Source: Nymphaea colorata (lineage: Eukaryota). From it: a stretch of DNA of 64,000 nucleotides. How positions within the stretch are numbered: the first letter of the stretch is position 1; each line of letters begins with the position of its first letter. Made by a program: the position numbers and the translations under genes. Location of the stretch: NCBI RefSeq assembly GCF_008831285.2, contig NC_045138.2:19964001-20028000 (forward strand), in the 5' to 3' direction. Below, piece after piece: positions 1 to 11,441 of this stretch. The notes under the pieces were generated by a model that worked only from the letters and a program-made list of their open reading frames with translations, had not been told where the DNA came from and ran no database searches.

Positions 1-2023
1 GGGATATCGAGCTTCTGATTCTCTTCAATTTGAAGGCCTGGAGTCCAACCGTCCAACCAGGTGAACCGAGGTCGGGTTAGCTGCAAAGCCTAGCTTCTGA
101 TCAGCTAATTTTGTTCGAAAACGGAAAAAGTCTTGCCCTAGATTAAATTTCAGAAAATGGAAAACAAGAAGGATTGAGTCTCGGCGCCACCAGGAAGCTG
201 GCTTGAATCATGGGAGCAGGTCCTTCCTGTCCTTTCTGTATCGCCACCGCCTCTGCAAGTGCATGCTTTTTCAGTAATGGATACCAACAGCACAAATTTA
301 CTTTACACAAACATTTGTGATGCGTTCCAAGCTTCCCACTTTCCACCAAGTAACAATAAAATTAAATTACTTCGGAATAGGTGTCTTTTGATAATTCAGA
401 AACATTATTTATGCATTTCAATCTTTCCACTTTCTACTGTTAAACTAACATAATATTTTGTTCTTGGAACAGGTGTCTTGGCGAATGATTGAACTTCTTT
501 TTAGGTTTGGAGGAAGATAATAAGAAGATTGTATGTAAAGAACTCAACACAAAATAAACTTGAAAAGTTAGAACTTCGCTACCTTTTCCGTAGATTACTG
601 CAAAAGCAGGACTTTTTCTAGAATCAAAATTTATCAAGGAACTCTACGCCAAAATAACACCACGGTTTCTTAGTTAACATTTTACATTAACTATTATTTG
701 TTGAAGACACCACTTTACATTAACTAGCCAAACTTAAAACAGGGGAAAAAGCTACAAAAAAGAGTAGCTAACATGCTAATAATTTAGAAATCACAAGAAA
801 TAAAAACAAGTATGCGGAGAGGTCACCTATTATCTCAAAAACTGGATTGAAAAAGGAGAAAAGACGTTTTTAATATTTGTCTAAAAACAATAAATATATC
901 GTGCCTTAAGCATCCACTAGCTTCAAGCACCAGATGGACGTCGGCTTGACACGTGTGTGCCGGATCATTGTCGGCCCCTTCTTCGCCGTCTTCCCTTCAA
1001 CTAAAAGATGGGTTTCTCTTGGGGAGAGACGGTGTACCTCGCCTGTAGACTAGATATTCTCGGACAAATATATTTTTTAAAATTTAAAATTTTACATGAA
1101 AAATTTAAAAATTTTAGTTTAACCTACACAAAAAATAATTTGAAAAACTTGAATTCTCGTTAAAATTTTGAAACTACAATTCAACCCCTGACAAAAAATT
1201 CCGCCCTTTGCGAACCCCTTCTTTCGTTCTGTCGGTAAAGAAATCCTGTACAATCGTCTTCCCATCGCCTAAACGCAACCAAGCGGTGAAGGGAAGATCC
1301 CGCTCGTCGCCAAGTCTGCAATGGCCGGCCTGATAGACCGCCGGCCCTCCTGGTCACCGACAGGATTTCGGATAATTCTACTGCGGTGGTCCATTGCGTG
1401 AAGATCACGCTGTCCTGCACAAGGCTTTGAGTTTTGAGCTTTACTTAAACTTGGAGCCGAGCTTGAGTTTTACGGAACAAACTTTGGCACGACCAATCGT
1501 GTTTGTACTTGGTCTCCTATTCTAAGCTTGAGGAGAGTTAACCAGCACGCAAAGCTGCCTGCTGAGCCCAGTACGAAAGAAATATTGTGCAACAATAAGT
1601 ACTACAACTTAAGCGAGTTGAAACTTTAGGTTGAACCACATGCATTTAGTAATCCTATCAAGTTAGAGCTACTAGTTTACTTCAGCCTTTGACTCTGCTT
1701 AGACTGTGAAGTGATGAGCAAGAAATTCATTGAAGAGAAGAGAATGACCCGGTAAAAGTGAAAAGTTCTCACACATGATATTGTTCACCACATATATAAA
1801 TATTCCAAAACCAGCATTTGTGAAATCAAAAGAGATAGTTTATCCTTTATGATAAAAAATGGAACTTAATGGAGGTGTACATCAGCAGATTTTACTTGAG
1901 ACGTATCACAATCTTGATTTGTTTTCTTTGAATGTACAACTTTCTGCTAGCATCTCAATTCTGGGGTCAAGCGAAGATTTTGATTTTGAATGTTCAGCTA
2001 AACTTGTTGCAAGCTAACCTATT

Positions 2024-2190
2024 AGAGGCGGAGCCAAAAAATTTCAACAAAGAGGCACTAGTTTATAATTTTAGATTTTAAAGGGGCACTTTTATGTAAA
2101 TTTAAAAAACAGCTATGAAGTTTCAATATAAAAATAACCATTTTTTGTAGGCATGTGTGGGCAATTGCCCACACCTCCCTCCGCCTTCTC
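2024..2190. mobile_element. MITE of the GGCGGAGCCA family
   Basis: AGAGGCGGAGCCA ... CTCCGCCTTCT termini. The GTGGGCAATTGCCCAC motif is shared with copies near 23580, 41790 and 52855. Confidence 0.65.
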
Positions 2191-2449
2191 TAAATGTCTC
2201 CTTTGTTTCTACAAGAATGAAGATCAGTGCAAACTTGGCAGCCGTGTTGGGCATGATTCTGGATAAACATGTCCATCAATATAATGAAACCTCGTCTTTT
2301 GTATCTAAAAACATTATACTATCACTATTAGTACTGAATAGTACCTTAAAGGTTGTAACAAAAAATGTCTCGCTTCCTAGATCTATGAGCCACAACCATT
2401 ATTAATGAGATTATAACTTGTTAGTCTCTATCCCTTTATGTTGGGTGAA

Positions 2450-2834
2450 CAATGTCACAAAAAATATGTTTTAAAAAAATCAAAAAATGTAATAAATAAG
2501 TCAGCTGTTTAAAACTTAAAAAATGCAGTTTTTTTTTTAAAAATCCGTTGTTTGAAAAAAAAACGAAAAATATGCAAAAAAGAGTTTTTCCCCTTTTTTC
2601 ATTTTATTTATTTATTTCATGTTTATTAACACCAAATTGCTTGTTTTTTATTTTCTATTTTTTATTTGTTGCAAATTTGCTTTTTTGTTCTTGTTTGAGT
2701 TATTAGTTTCTCACTTATTTTATTTTCCCTATTTCTTTATTTTTTTAATTTTTTAAAAAGTTACTGTATTTTTTCTGTTTTTTTAAAGCTTGCCGTATTA
2801 TCTTGCCATTTGCAAGAAAGTTTTTTGTGAGTAT
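2450..2834. mobile_element. Decayed copy of the 50367-50749 MITE
   Basis: Shares motifs with the 50 kb copy (AGTTTCTCACTT.TTT.ATTTTC, CCGTATTAT, terminal TTTGTGA.TATG). Confidence 0.65.
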
Positions 2835-4503
2835 GGGTAGAACTTATTTCATTATTTTATGCCTTGATCAACTTGTGGATGTTTGTTTGTATATCTTGTT
2901 GGCATTTCAATGCATTTGCATATGTTAGTGTGCAAGTGTTCTTGCTTCTCCGAATCTGTGACTCTGTGTGTGAGAGAGAGAGAGAGAGAGAGTACTACGT
3001 CTATGTTGATGTGAATGTGCATGAACTTCTAAGGGACACCAAAAACATGCTTATGTGCTATTGAGATGACACAAACTCAGGAACTAGATTAGATCATGTC
3101 TAAACATTAAGAGTTACTCTTCAAAACATACTCTACCATAGTCAATATCTTACAGATACATGACATGCAAACTACTTATTTAGAATTAGGACTAGATGAC
3201 CATAACCTACGTATCCAAGGTTCTCTAGCAAGCGGAATTCATCTTTGCTCTAGATGGTTCAAAATCTAGCTCCTTCATTGTCAACTATGAAAGACATGTA
3301 GCACACACATTTCAAGTCTAAATATGTTGATCCATGTTTTTTCCTTAGCTGTAAAACAAACCTTACCTGAAATTTTGTATTTGGCAAGCTAAAACTACCC
3401 TAATGTTGCTTTCCAACATCAGACAAGTTCATTTTAATTCCATTATTGGATTCTTAACTCCACTGATCTTATGTGATCATTCAGTTTATATGTGTGACGC
3501 AGTTTCAACTAAGAGCTTGAGAAGTCAAATTGCTTAACATATATAATATTAAAAGAGATGGAAATAAAATAAAGTGAGAACCTGTCACACTAAATACTGT
3601 TGACAATGATGAAGTTATGATGGTCCAATTTTGCATATTTAGAAGCAAGCAAAAAATGCATTTCTGCATCAACTGTTGTGCAGGTGATCTTTTTGAGTAT
3701 ATTTAAACCAGTAGCTAGACAAAGTCGTCTGACCACATATAGAAATAACATAATAATGCAGCTATAATCATTCAATTAAAACTAAAATGCTTTTAATTTT
3801 TTCTTGAATTATTTTGAGCTAAGAAAACCACATATTGCAAAGGCGTGTCTGATCATACAATTGAATATCCTTTTCAATCTCCACAGAACTCAAATCTTCA
3901 TGCGTGGATTCATTGAAATAACAGATTTTGGCTGAAATCATGTACGATACAGTATTGTTTATCATTTGTTTTTGTTTACCATGTTGCTCAAGCTAGTGCT
4001 GCAATTTGCCATACCATTATGCTGAAATTGTATACGACAACTTGTAAATGAGTGAAACTATGTATACCAGTATGACCAGAGTGCACTGTCATGGGATGAT
4101 ATTTTTCTGATGACCCATATAATAAAAGAAGAAGGTTATTGTAATGCAAAAGATGTGTAAGTTGTTAAAATTATTTCTTATGTTATTTATTAACTCAAAA
4201 CTGTTGCACACATATGTTATCATTAGATTACGTGCATTATAATGACACACAAATGCTTATTTTTGTGTTGGTGAATCACAAAAGAAAGTCACATTGCTAG
4301 AATGTTCTTGTACGTTAGTATCTTGTTATTCAAAGTGAAGCTCATTCACTGATACGGAAGTTGAAGTGCGCACGGGGTTAGGGACCCGATGCATAGAAAG
4401 CAATCCTGTATCTTACGTGGGCGAGAGCTTGGGTGGGGGGCTTCGACTGTCTTGTCTTCTTGATGAATGGTCAAGAATGGTAAGATGAAATACTACTCTT
4501 CAG

Positions 4504-5358
4504 GCACATCTCAAAGTGAACCCATAGCACCTGAAGCAGCGCCATTGTGGCTGCTTGTAGCTGCGGCCCAGGTAGCTTTGGCGACGGGGCTATCTGTCGC
4601 CATTTTTGCCTTACGACACTGGAGGGTATCAGCCAACAACGGTCAATGCTTAATTGCTTATCAATATCACTCCCTGCATGATGGGCAATACATGCATGTT
4701 TACATATATTCCAAGTGCAGATTTTATGGATGAGGGGATCTACAGAACTGGCATTGTTATATAAAAAACTGAAATCTGCATCTGTGAAAGGATTTATGAT
4801 GGAGTTAAGATCGGGCATTTGGTGCTCAATATCTGGTCAGGACCCAATCATTATTTTATGCACTTTGCTGTTTTGCATCTGACCCATTTGCATCCCTTGT
4901 CAAACTCACTGTAACTAGGGCTGTACAACAGGTCAAGCCAACTCAATGTCGCTTGGTTAAACGAGTAGAGCTCGAGTTTAACTGACAATTCGAGATTATA
5001 AATGAGTTGAGTTCAAGTTACATGAACTACTAAGTTAAACTCGAATAAGCTCATTTAATCTAGGTGATAAGAAGATGAGGAATTGATAAACAAGCTTAAA
5101 TGAGTCGAGCTTGAGCCAAGATTCAGTCTATTGAGGCAAGCATGATCTCACCTTATACACAGCTTGACACTAGATCGAAGAGTCGAGTCGACTTGAGCTG
5201 ACTGAATTTGAGCTCACCTAACTGTAACTAATCAAGTTTGAGCAAAACTTTGCAACTGGTGCTCTTCGTAGTTCTTTGCTGTCAAAGATTTTCCTTTTTG
5301 GTCCTGACTGATTCAGAAAAAAATTGAAGATGATGTGCAGAAGCACGTGCCCGTGTGA
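4504..5358 (+). CDS. Probable last two coding exons (4504-4625, 5317-5358) of an unidentified single-pass membrane protein
   Basis: Acceptor TCTTCAG at 4503, donor GT at 4626, acceptor ATTCAG at 5316. The spliced frame reads ...TSQSEPIAPEAAPLWLLVAAAQVALATGLSVAIFALRHWR-KKIEDDVQKHVPV*, a hydrophobic helix followed by a basic stop-transfer segment. A MITE lies inside the inferred intron. Upstream exons were not identified. Confidence 0.4.
4916..5220. mobile_element. hAT-type MITE (CTCGAG/GAGCTC-rich family)
   Basis: Starts TAGGGCTG, ends ...CACCTA. Perfect 8-bp TSD ACTGTAAC (4908-4915 / 5221-5228). Internal GAGCTCGAG/GAGTCGAG repeats. Confidence 0.85.
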
Positions 5359-7606
5359 TGACTTCCTCCTTCTTCTTGGTCTCTTTTATATGGGGACTCG
5401 AGTTTTTCTGGCATTTCTTATTGATGAAATCATGGGCGTCATCATGGCAGTTCTTTCTTTAGACAATCTTTTTCAGTAGAAGTTTCTTTCTTTAAATGCA
5501 GCGGCGCTGCATATGCCGATATCTAAAGCTAGCAGATGGCTTCACACTCCTGGTCCATTTCATTGTTACATGCATTGAAGTGGATGCAGGCTTGTAGATC
5601 ACAAGGGTCCCATGCCCTCTCTGCTGCATAAAGAAAAGCGATTCAAGTTAACTCTGCTTTTGAGGTTCGAATTCTCTTTTTGTCTCATTCAGGCAGGCCC
5701 ATGTGAATCAACTCCCGAAATCTCTTTTTCTCAAATGAGCTCACTTTACATCAGTATTGTGAAAATTGGTCTGTGGATTAGAGTTACATTAATATTGTAA
5801 AGATTCTTTTGCAGAAGCGGAGTTAGAAACCTTTTTTTTTTAAGTGCTCTTCTATCTAAGAAGACGGTCACTTGCTGAGCTTGCTTGACGCTAACTAGCT
5901 ACGCCACTTTGTCCTAATTGGTTCGATTATGTTCTTAAGCCAATTGGTTTCATCCCTTATGTAGTCAATTGTGGCACACTTGGTAGGTCTCAACTGCTAG
6001 GGCCTTAGCAGGAAAACACTATGAGAAAACTTGGGCTTAGCGGCGGAAACAGAAATTTTGGTTGGAGGGGCACCAATATATATAAATAATCAAATATTTG
6101 ACAGCAGAAAAATAAAAAAAAAAAGAGTATTTTGTGGGTCTGGTATGAGCAATTACTCACACCAAAACCACATCTTGTTCCGCCATTGCTTAGGCTGCAG
6201 AACAATAATGTTGACAATTAATTTGAAGTCTTTAACTTCACATCTTTGACATGTTCTTCTTACCAACTACGATCACTTTGTTGGGACATATAAGTAAAAA
6301 TAAGGGCGCACATTTTTTTTTTGCTTTCCATATTGTCCTCATGGACCTTCTTTTGGAACTTGCCCATTGCATTTGTGTGTTTCATGAGAAGCCCTTTCTA
6401 GGGGCTTTTAGTCTTTGGAACACCCAGATGCTCACGTTCTGTTGATCAAGGCCCCAGCATTTAGTCTCCATTGGCTTATATTGGTCATAATTCATAAGAT
6501 TTAAACTATTAAATCTATCAGAAAATGATAAGGCTTGACTTCACATTTTAAAAAACGTTGTGCCATTTTAATGTCTCCAATTTGAAAACGCTAATCCTTT
6601 TGAACTTCGCGCTGCCAATAGCTACGTGAAGAGAGTTTTAAAACTTAGCTAAAGTTGTTTTGCCGAGAAGATTATGGCATTGAAACACCTAAAATGCAAA
6701 ACCATCGGAGTGGTAGCGGTTCTAACTAATCACGGTGAGGTTGGAAGAATCTCCATTGGAATACGAGATAAGAAGTGACAATCATAAGTTGAAGCTGAAA
6801 GGAAAGCAGTCCAATGAATTGCCATGATGAATTGATTCCAATGATCTTTTGGAATAAAGCAAGGAGTTCCACGCATACTCTCTCTCTCTCGCGCCCCTCT
6901 CTTTCTTCACCATGGTGAATGGGTCCAAAAAGAAGAGTTCGTGAGTGAGTCCAAAAAGTAAGAGGTAGTTAAATATGAAGCTATGATCTTTAAGAATACA
7001 ATTTGATGCAGAGTAGGGAGGTTCGACTCCTGATCAGAGACACAAATCAACTAATTTAATTGAATTGAAAGGAAACAAACACTAGACAATGTTGATAATT
7101 AATGGAAACAAAGAGAGCAAGAAAGGGGAACAGGATCTTTCATTCTTGAATAATTCACCCTAAGAGGGAAAAAAAAACATGGGTATTTTAGGAAAATATG
7201 CCGAAGAGGTCAAATTTCGTCTCTATTTTCTCCTATCCCAAGGTTTAAGGCTGCTTCAGAACGTTCTTAGATGAATTTATGGTTTTGTAATTCAAAGGAG
7301 CAATGCTCATGGGAAGGAATCAAGTTAAGGACTGGGCTTTTATTGGCAGCTATGTTATGTTTCTTAAGATGACCAAAATATAATAAAGGATCTACAAACA
7401 CACTAAATGGGTCCAATCGAACAATGTATGCCTGAGAAAAGCTGAACCTTCGGCTTTTCTATCCCTTGTCACATGCGGGGACCTCCTCTTGTACCCTTCA
7501 TCTCATCCTAAGTCAGGACTTGCACACATCTTCACATTGGTGTTGTTGAGCGGTACATTTATCGAGAATGGACCCTTGGACGTGTCGGACGAATTTGGAT
7601 TCATTA

Positions 7607-7831
7607 GAGGCTGTTTAGAAATGGTAATATGTTACTGTTCCGTGCATATAGTGAGGCAAATTCATAAAATATTTTTTGAATTGCTCAATGAATCTAACCA
7701 ATTTTTCAGTTAATCTACCGTTAAAAGTGAAGCAAATTCATAAAATACTTTTTCAACTGCTCAATGAATCTAAGCAATTTTTCAGTTAGATATATAAAAC
7801 GTTTACAAAATGTTCTATCCAAAGCAGCCTC
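7607..7831. mobile_element. Tourist-like (PIF/Harbinger) MITE
   Basis: TIRs GAGGCTGTTT / AAAGCAGCCTC flanked by a TTA TSD on both sides. Internal ~74-bp direct duplication. Confidence 0.8.
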
Positions 7832-9148
7832 TTAGGTCCCTTTGAGTTCGCTTTGCATCACAATGGCAGACAGTTCCATCAACCTGGATAGCTGCTCTGT
7901 TTCTCTGCTTAGAAAGCGCGCGACTAGTGATATCCCAACTGGCCCGTTGTAAGTTATGAAACCAGCAGCATCACAGAGAAGGTAACTTAAGATGGCGAAT
8001 CATGGCGGTTTCAGTCGTGAGGAAAAGTATGAAGAGTACAGAGACATGATCACTCCTAAATCTAGGCCATACATGACGGCCCAGCCTCCTCGTAACCGGT
8101 CAAAAAGAACAACCGAAATCATTGGGTCTAAACCATTAAAGTTCGAAACTTCTCCTCGGTATCCACTCTCAGTGTGAAACTGCTACTCCTGTCTTGAGGG
8201 GATCGAAATTGAAAGAATAAACCCTACCACGAACGCGTAGTGAAAAGTAAAAGTTTCACCGTTCCCACTGATCAGTTTCCAATGGGAACACTTCCAAAGC
8301 AGTCATTGATCATAACAATTAATTAATAAAACTCTCTCTCTTATTACAGGGCAATTGTTGTACTCCCATGATATGGATATACATAATTCAGGCTCTTTAG
8401 AGTCTCTTATCCAGATCCAATCGAGACTGTTCAATCCACATGATGAATAGTTCACAGAAAAACAAGAATGAAGTGAGTATTTATTCACACATTTTTCTTC
8501 TTATTTTTCTTTCAGTCATTCATCTGCTTTAGATAAACAAAATCATCATTCACACACTAATATATATATAAGAATTTAAACTGTTTGTACTTTTTTGAAT
8601 CCGGCTCAGTTTGTATCAAATTCAGCTTAATGAAGTTTTATGTTTGTGGTTCGAATTTGAAATTTAATTTTTAAAGTCTAATTTTGATCCAGCTAGCGTA
8701 AGATCTGATATTTATGTGTTGTTTATCGAGCCACAGACAGATATTACATCCCCAGATACGTAGTACTGTGTGTCTCTGAGCGAGAGAGAGCTAAAGACTT
8801 TGGACGGTTGCCTTTTACTGCACTGATTTCATAAAAATCCTTCTTGTTGGTTGCTACCGTTCGTTTACATGTACAACTTTTCATTATTATATTTACATAA
8901 AAGAGACCTACAGCTCTACCGTGGCCTTTTTCAGAGACATGCCCTGCAAAAGTGGCGGTCATTCTGAAGAAGACGTGACTTCCTTGAGGACGACCCACAA
9001 TCTTTTTAGTATTTTATGCGCAAAATTCTGTTATCATGTGCCCTCTCAACAAATTAACGCTTCCTATTTGTAGCCTTCAGGTTTCTCCCCTTCCGCAACT
9101 CAAGTTCATGTAGAACAAGAGAGAGGAAAAGAGAGAAGAAGGAAACTT

Positions 9149-9272
9149 CTGTTCGGAATGAAGTTTGTTCCAAGATCTTTCCCTGCAAATCTTTCTGTAT
9201 TTCTCTTGTCGCTTTTCAAGAGCAAATGATCGTATGAAAGATAGATCTCGGACCAGGCTTCATTCCTCACAG
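9149..9272 (+). ncRNA. MIR166: MIR166 precursor hairpin (mature miR166 on the 3' arm)
   Basis: TCGGACCAGGCTTCATTCCTC at 9248-9268 matches the conserved miR166 family. The 5' arm CTGTTCGGAATGAAGTTTGTTCCAAGATCT (9149-9178) pairs with 9243-9272 at 26 of 30 positions, including two G:U pairs. Confidence 0.93.
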
Positions 9273-11126
9273 CATGTTTTCTATGCCCAAAGAAAATTAA
9301 CCTTATCCTGAATCTATTCACGATTCATTTCTTATTGATCAAGTAAGATTGTCTAAGTTGGTCTATTTCACTTGTTAGCAACTCGTGTTTTTGCTGCATG
9401 GGCACATAAGTTGGCTAGTTTGTTCCTTGTACTCATGCTTTTACATTGTCATCCAGATCTGTTGCCACTGTAATTCTTCTCCTTTGAAGGAAAGGACAAA
9501 AACATTGCCTTTGTAGCTTTCTTTTTCCCACCTTCCATTTTGTCTTTGCTATATAGAACATATTTCAAATGCAACATAATGTATGATACCTTTGTTTGTT
9601 TATGGTCTTTTGAAGATTTATACTGAGGGAATGTGGATTCATGGATTATCAGTTTCTCATTTAGAATTGCAACTTGCTGTATTATTTGTGTTTGACTGTT
9701 ATAACACATATATAACCTTTTTCATGTGTTTTTGCTCAAGTTCATCAATGAAAATTGATCTACATTGTTAAAATGTGATGTCAGGTAAGGGTGGCCGTTT
9801 TAACAGACCATTGCTAGTTGATGATTTAGATGCCCATGCATGGATAATCTTGATCATATCAGGGAAAACAAAACTTTTCCCACCACCTGCTCACTGTGGT
9901 GGGATCCATTGAGAATCGGTTTCTCCTGCAACCATGCGTATGATATACATACGCGCAGGCTTGGTGGAAAACAACATAGAGTAATGATAAATCATATGAG
10001 AAAAACAGTGTTTTTTTTCACTAAGTCAAACTTCTGAATTTTTATCAATTGTGGCGGCATTTGGATTGTGATATTGTGATTACGGGTGCATGCTCTGCAC
10101 GTATTTGTATTTCCTTGATGTACATAACATTGACAAACTCTTTCATAAGACAAGGCCTCTCTGTCACTCCCCAGGCTCTCCACATGCATAATGTCTACTA
10201 TCTTAAGAATTTGATGGATTTCTGATGATCCTCTATAATGTTTCTCAGTGTGTCATTGTTCTCAAGAAAGTGTGGTGCATTTCGTTTTATATTATTGTTT
10301 TCTTTTTCTTTGTCGAGAAAGGAATTGCCTTTAGTGTCTTACTTGGGGATAGAGATGAACCGTCCCGGATGCTGTTACAGAGAAGAGAACACGAGTATAC
10401 TAGACATGGTGATATTAGCCTACAGTAAGATTTCCATTTTTCATTTATTTTTGGTTGGCTGAAAGCAAAGTAAAAGACTCATCCATAAGCTAAGATTCAT
10501 CCATGGTTATAACTGAAGTCTTACAGTCAGTGAGAAATAAACATATATAAGTTGCAGCGTTCATTTCACCATAAAGATTGTTTTGTTACATAAAAAACTG
10601 CAGCAATTCTTGTGTGATCTTCAGGCAGGTGTAGGAATCTTCCACCCATTTATTTTGGTGTTGCAGTCTCACACAGGAAATGTTGGTGCTAACCTGTTCT
10701 TCTTCTTCAAGTACAATTAATCTGTTACTGAAGCGCCTGCCATTCACGAGGCGCAACAAGGAGGCCTCCTCAAGTTAGATGACCAAAGAAGTGAATTCTA
10801 TATGGAGAATATGGCTGTTTACTTTCTGGTTGCCTAAGGAATGCCATAAATGATTTTCTGTGCGGGAACTGAACAAGACTCTCCACTCATCGAGACGCCT
10901 GTTCCGTTCTAATATAATGTTTGCGACGACCAGGAACAAATGGGGTTGTACGTGTGAAGGCCTACGTAGGATTGTACATTAACGGCGATTTCCACGCATA
11001 CATGTAGAGCTTCCTCCAAGGCTCCAACAATAGCTGCATTGGGTTGCAACGTTATCGAATTCTCTCTCTCTCTCCCCGATTGGTGACCTTGTCACTACAT
11101 TCTCGTTTTGAATAAATTTTCATTTC

Positions 11127-11143
11127 GTCTCTCTCTCTCTCTC

Positions 11144-11191
<48 letters not shown>
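11127..11191. repeat. (CT)n/(TA)n microsatellite inside an inverted-repeat element (~11091-11294)
   Basis: Directly visible. The flanks GTCACTACATT... and ...AATATAGTGAC are inverted. Confidence 0.9.
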
Positions 11192-11194
<3 letters not shown>

Positions 11195-11306
11195 TACATT
11201 TTGTTTTTGAATTAATTTTCATTTTGTCGCCTATATATATATATTAGATAGAAACGATAAAATAAAAATTCATTAAAAAACAAAATATAGTGACTGCGAT
11301 AAACTG

Positions 11307-11441
11307 GATGTTGCTGGATGATTAAAATATAAAAATTTGTCAATAAAAAACTGTCACTAACTTAACATTTGTGGTGGTATTTTATGTTGGTTTAACTAAT
11401 GATTTATGACTTTTTTTACATTTTAATCATCCAGTAATATC
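11307..11441. mobile_element. Fold-back MITE
   Basis: The arm GATGTTGCTGGATGATTAAAATATAAAAA is nearly the reverse complement of TTTTTACATTTTAATCATCCAGTAATATC. A related element lies at 38756-38889 (TGCCAGAT...ATCTGGCA). Confidence 0.7.

Noticed and set aside
4360..4450. GTGCG start (group II intron-like), GGGTTAGGG (telomerase-template-like) and TGGGCGAGAG (5S/7SL-like) motifs
   Set aside because: Only short isolated matches; the other conserved elements of these RNAs are absent.
5549..5590. Short hairpin CCTGGTCCATTTCA / TGAAGTGGATGCAGG
   Set aside because: The stem is too short for a miRNA precursor and matches no family I recognise.
7010..7040. GGTTCGACTCC, resembling a tRNA T-loop / Pol III B-box
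   Set aside because: No cloverleaf, acceptor stem or properly spaced A-box nearby.
10775..10790. TTAGATGACCA, matching the start of miR827
   Set aside because: Only 11 nt match and no complementary arm was seen.
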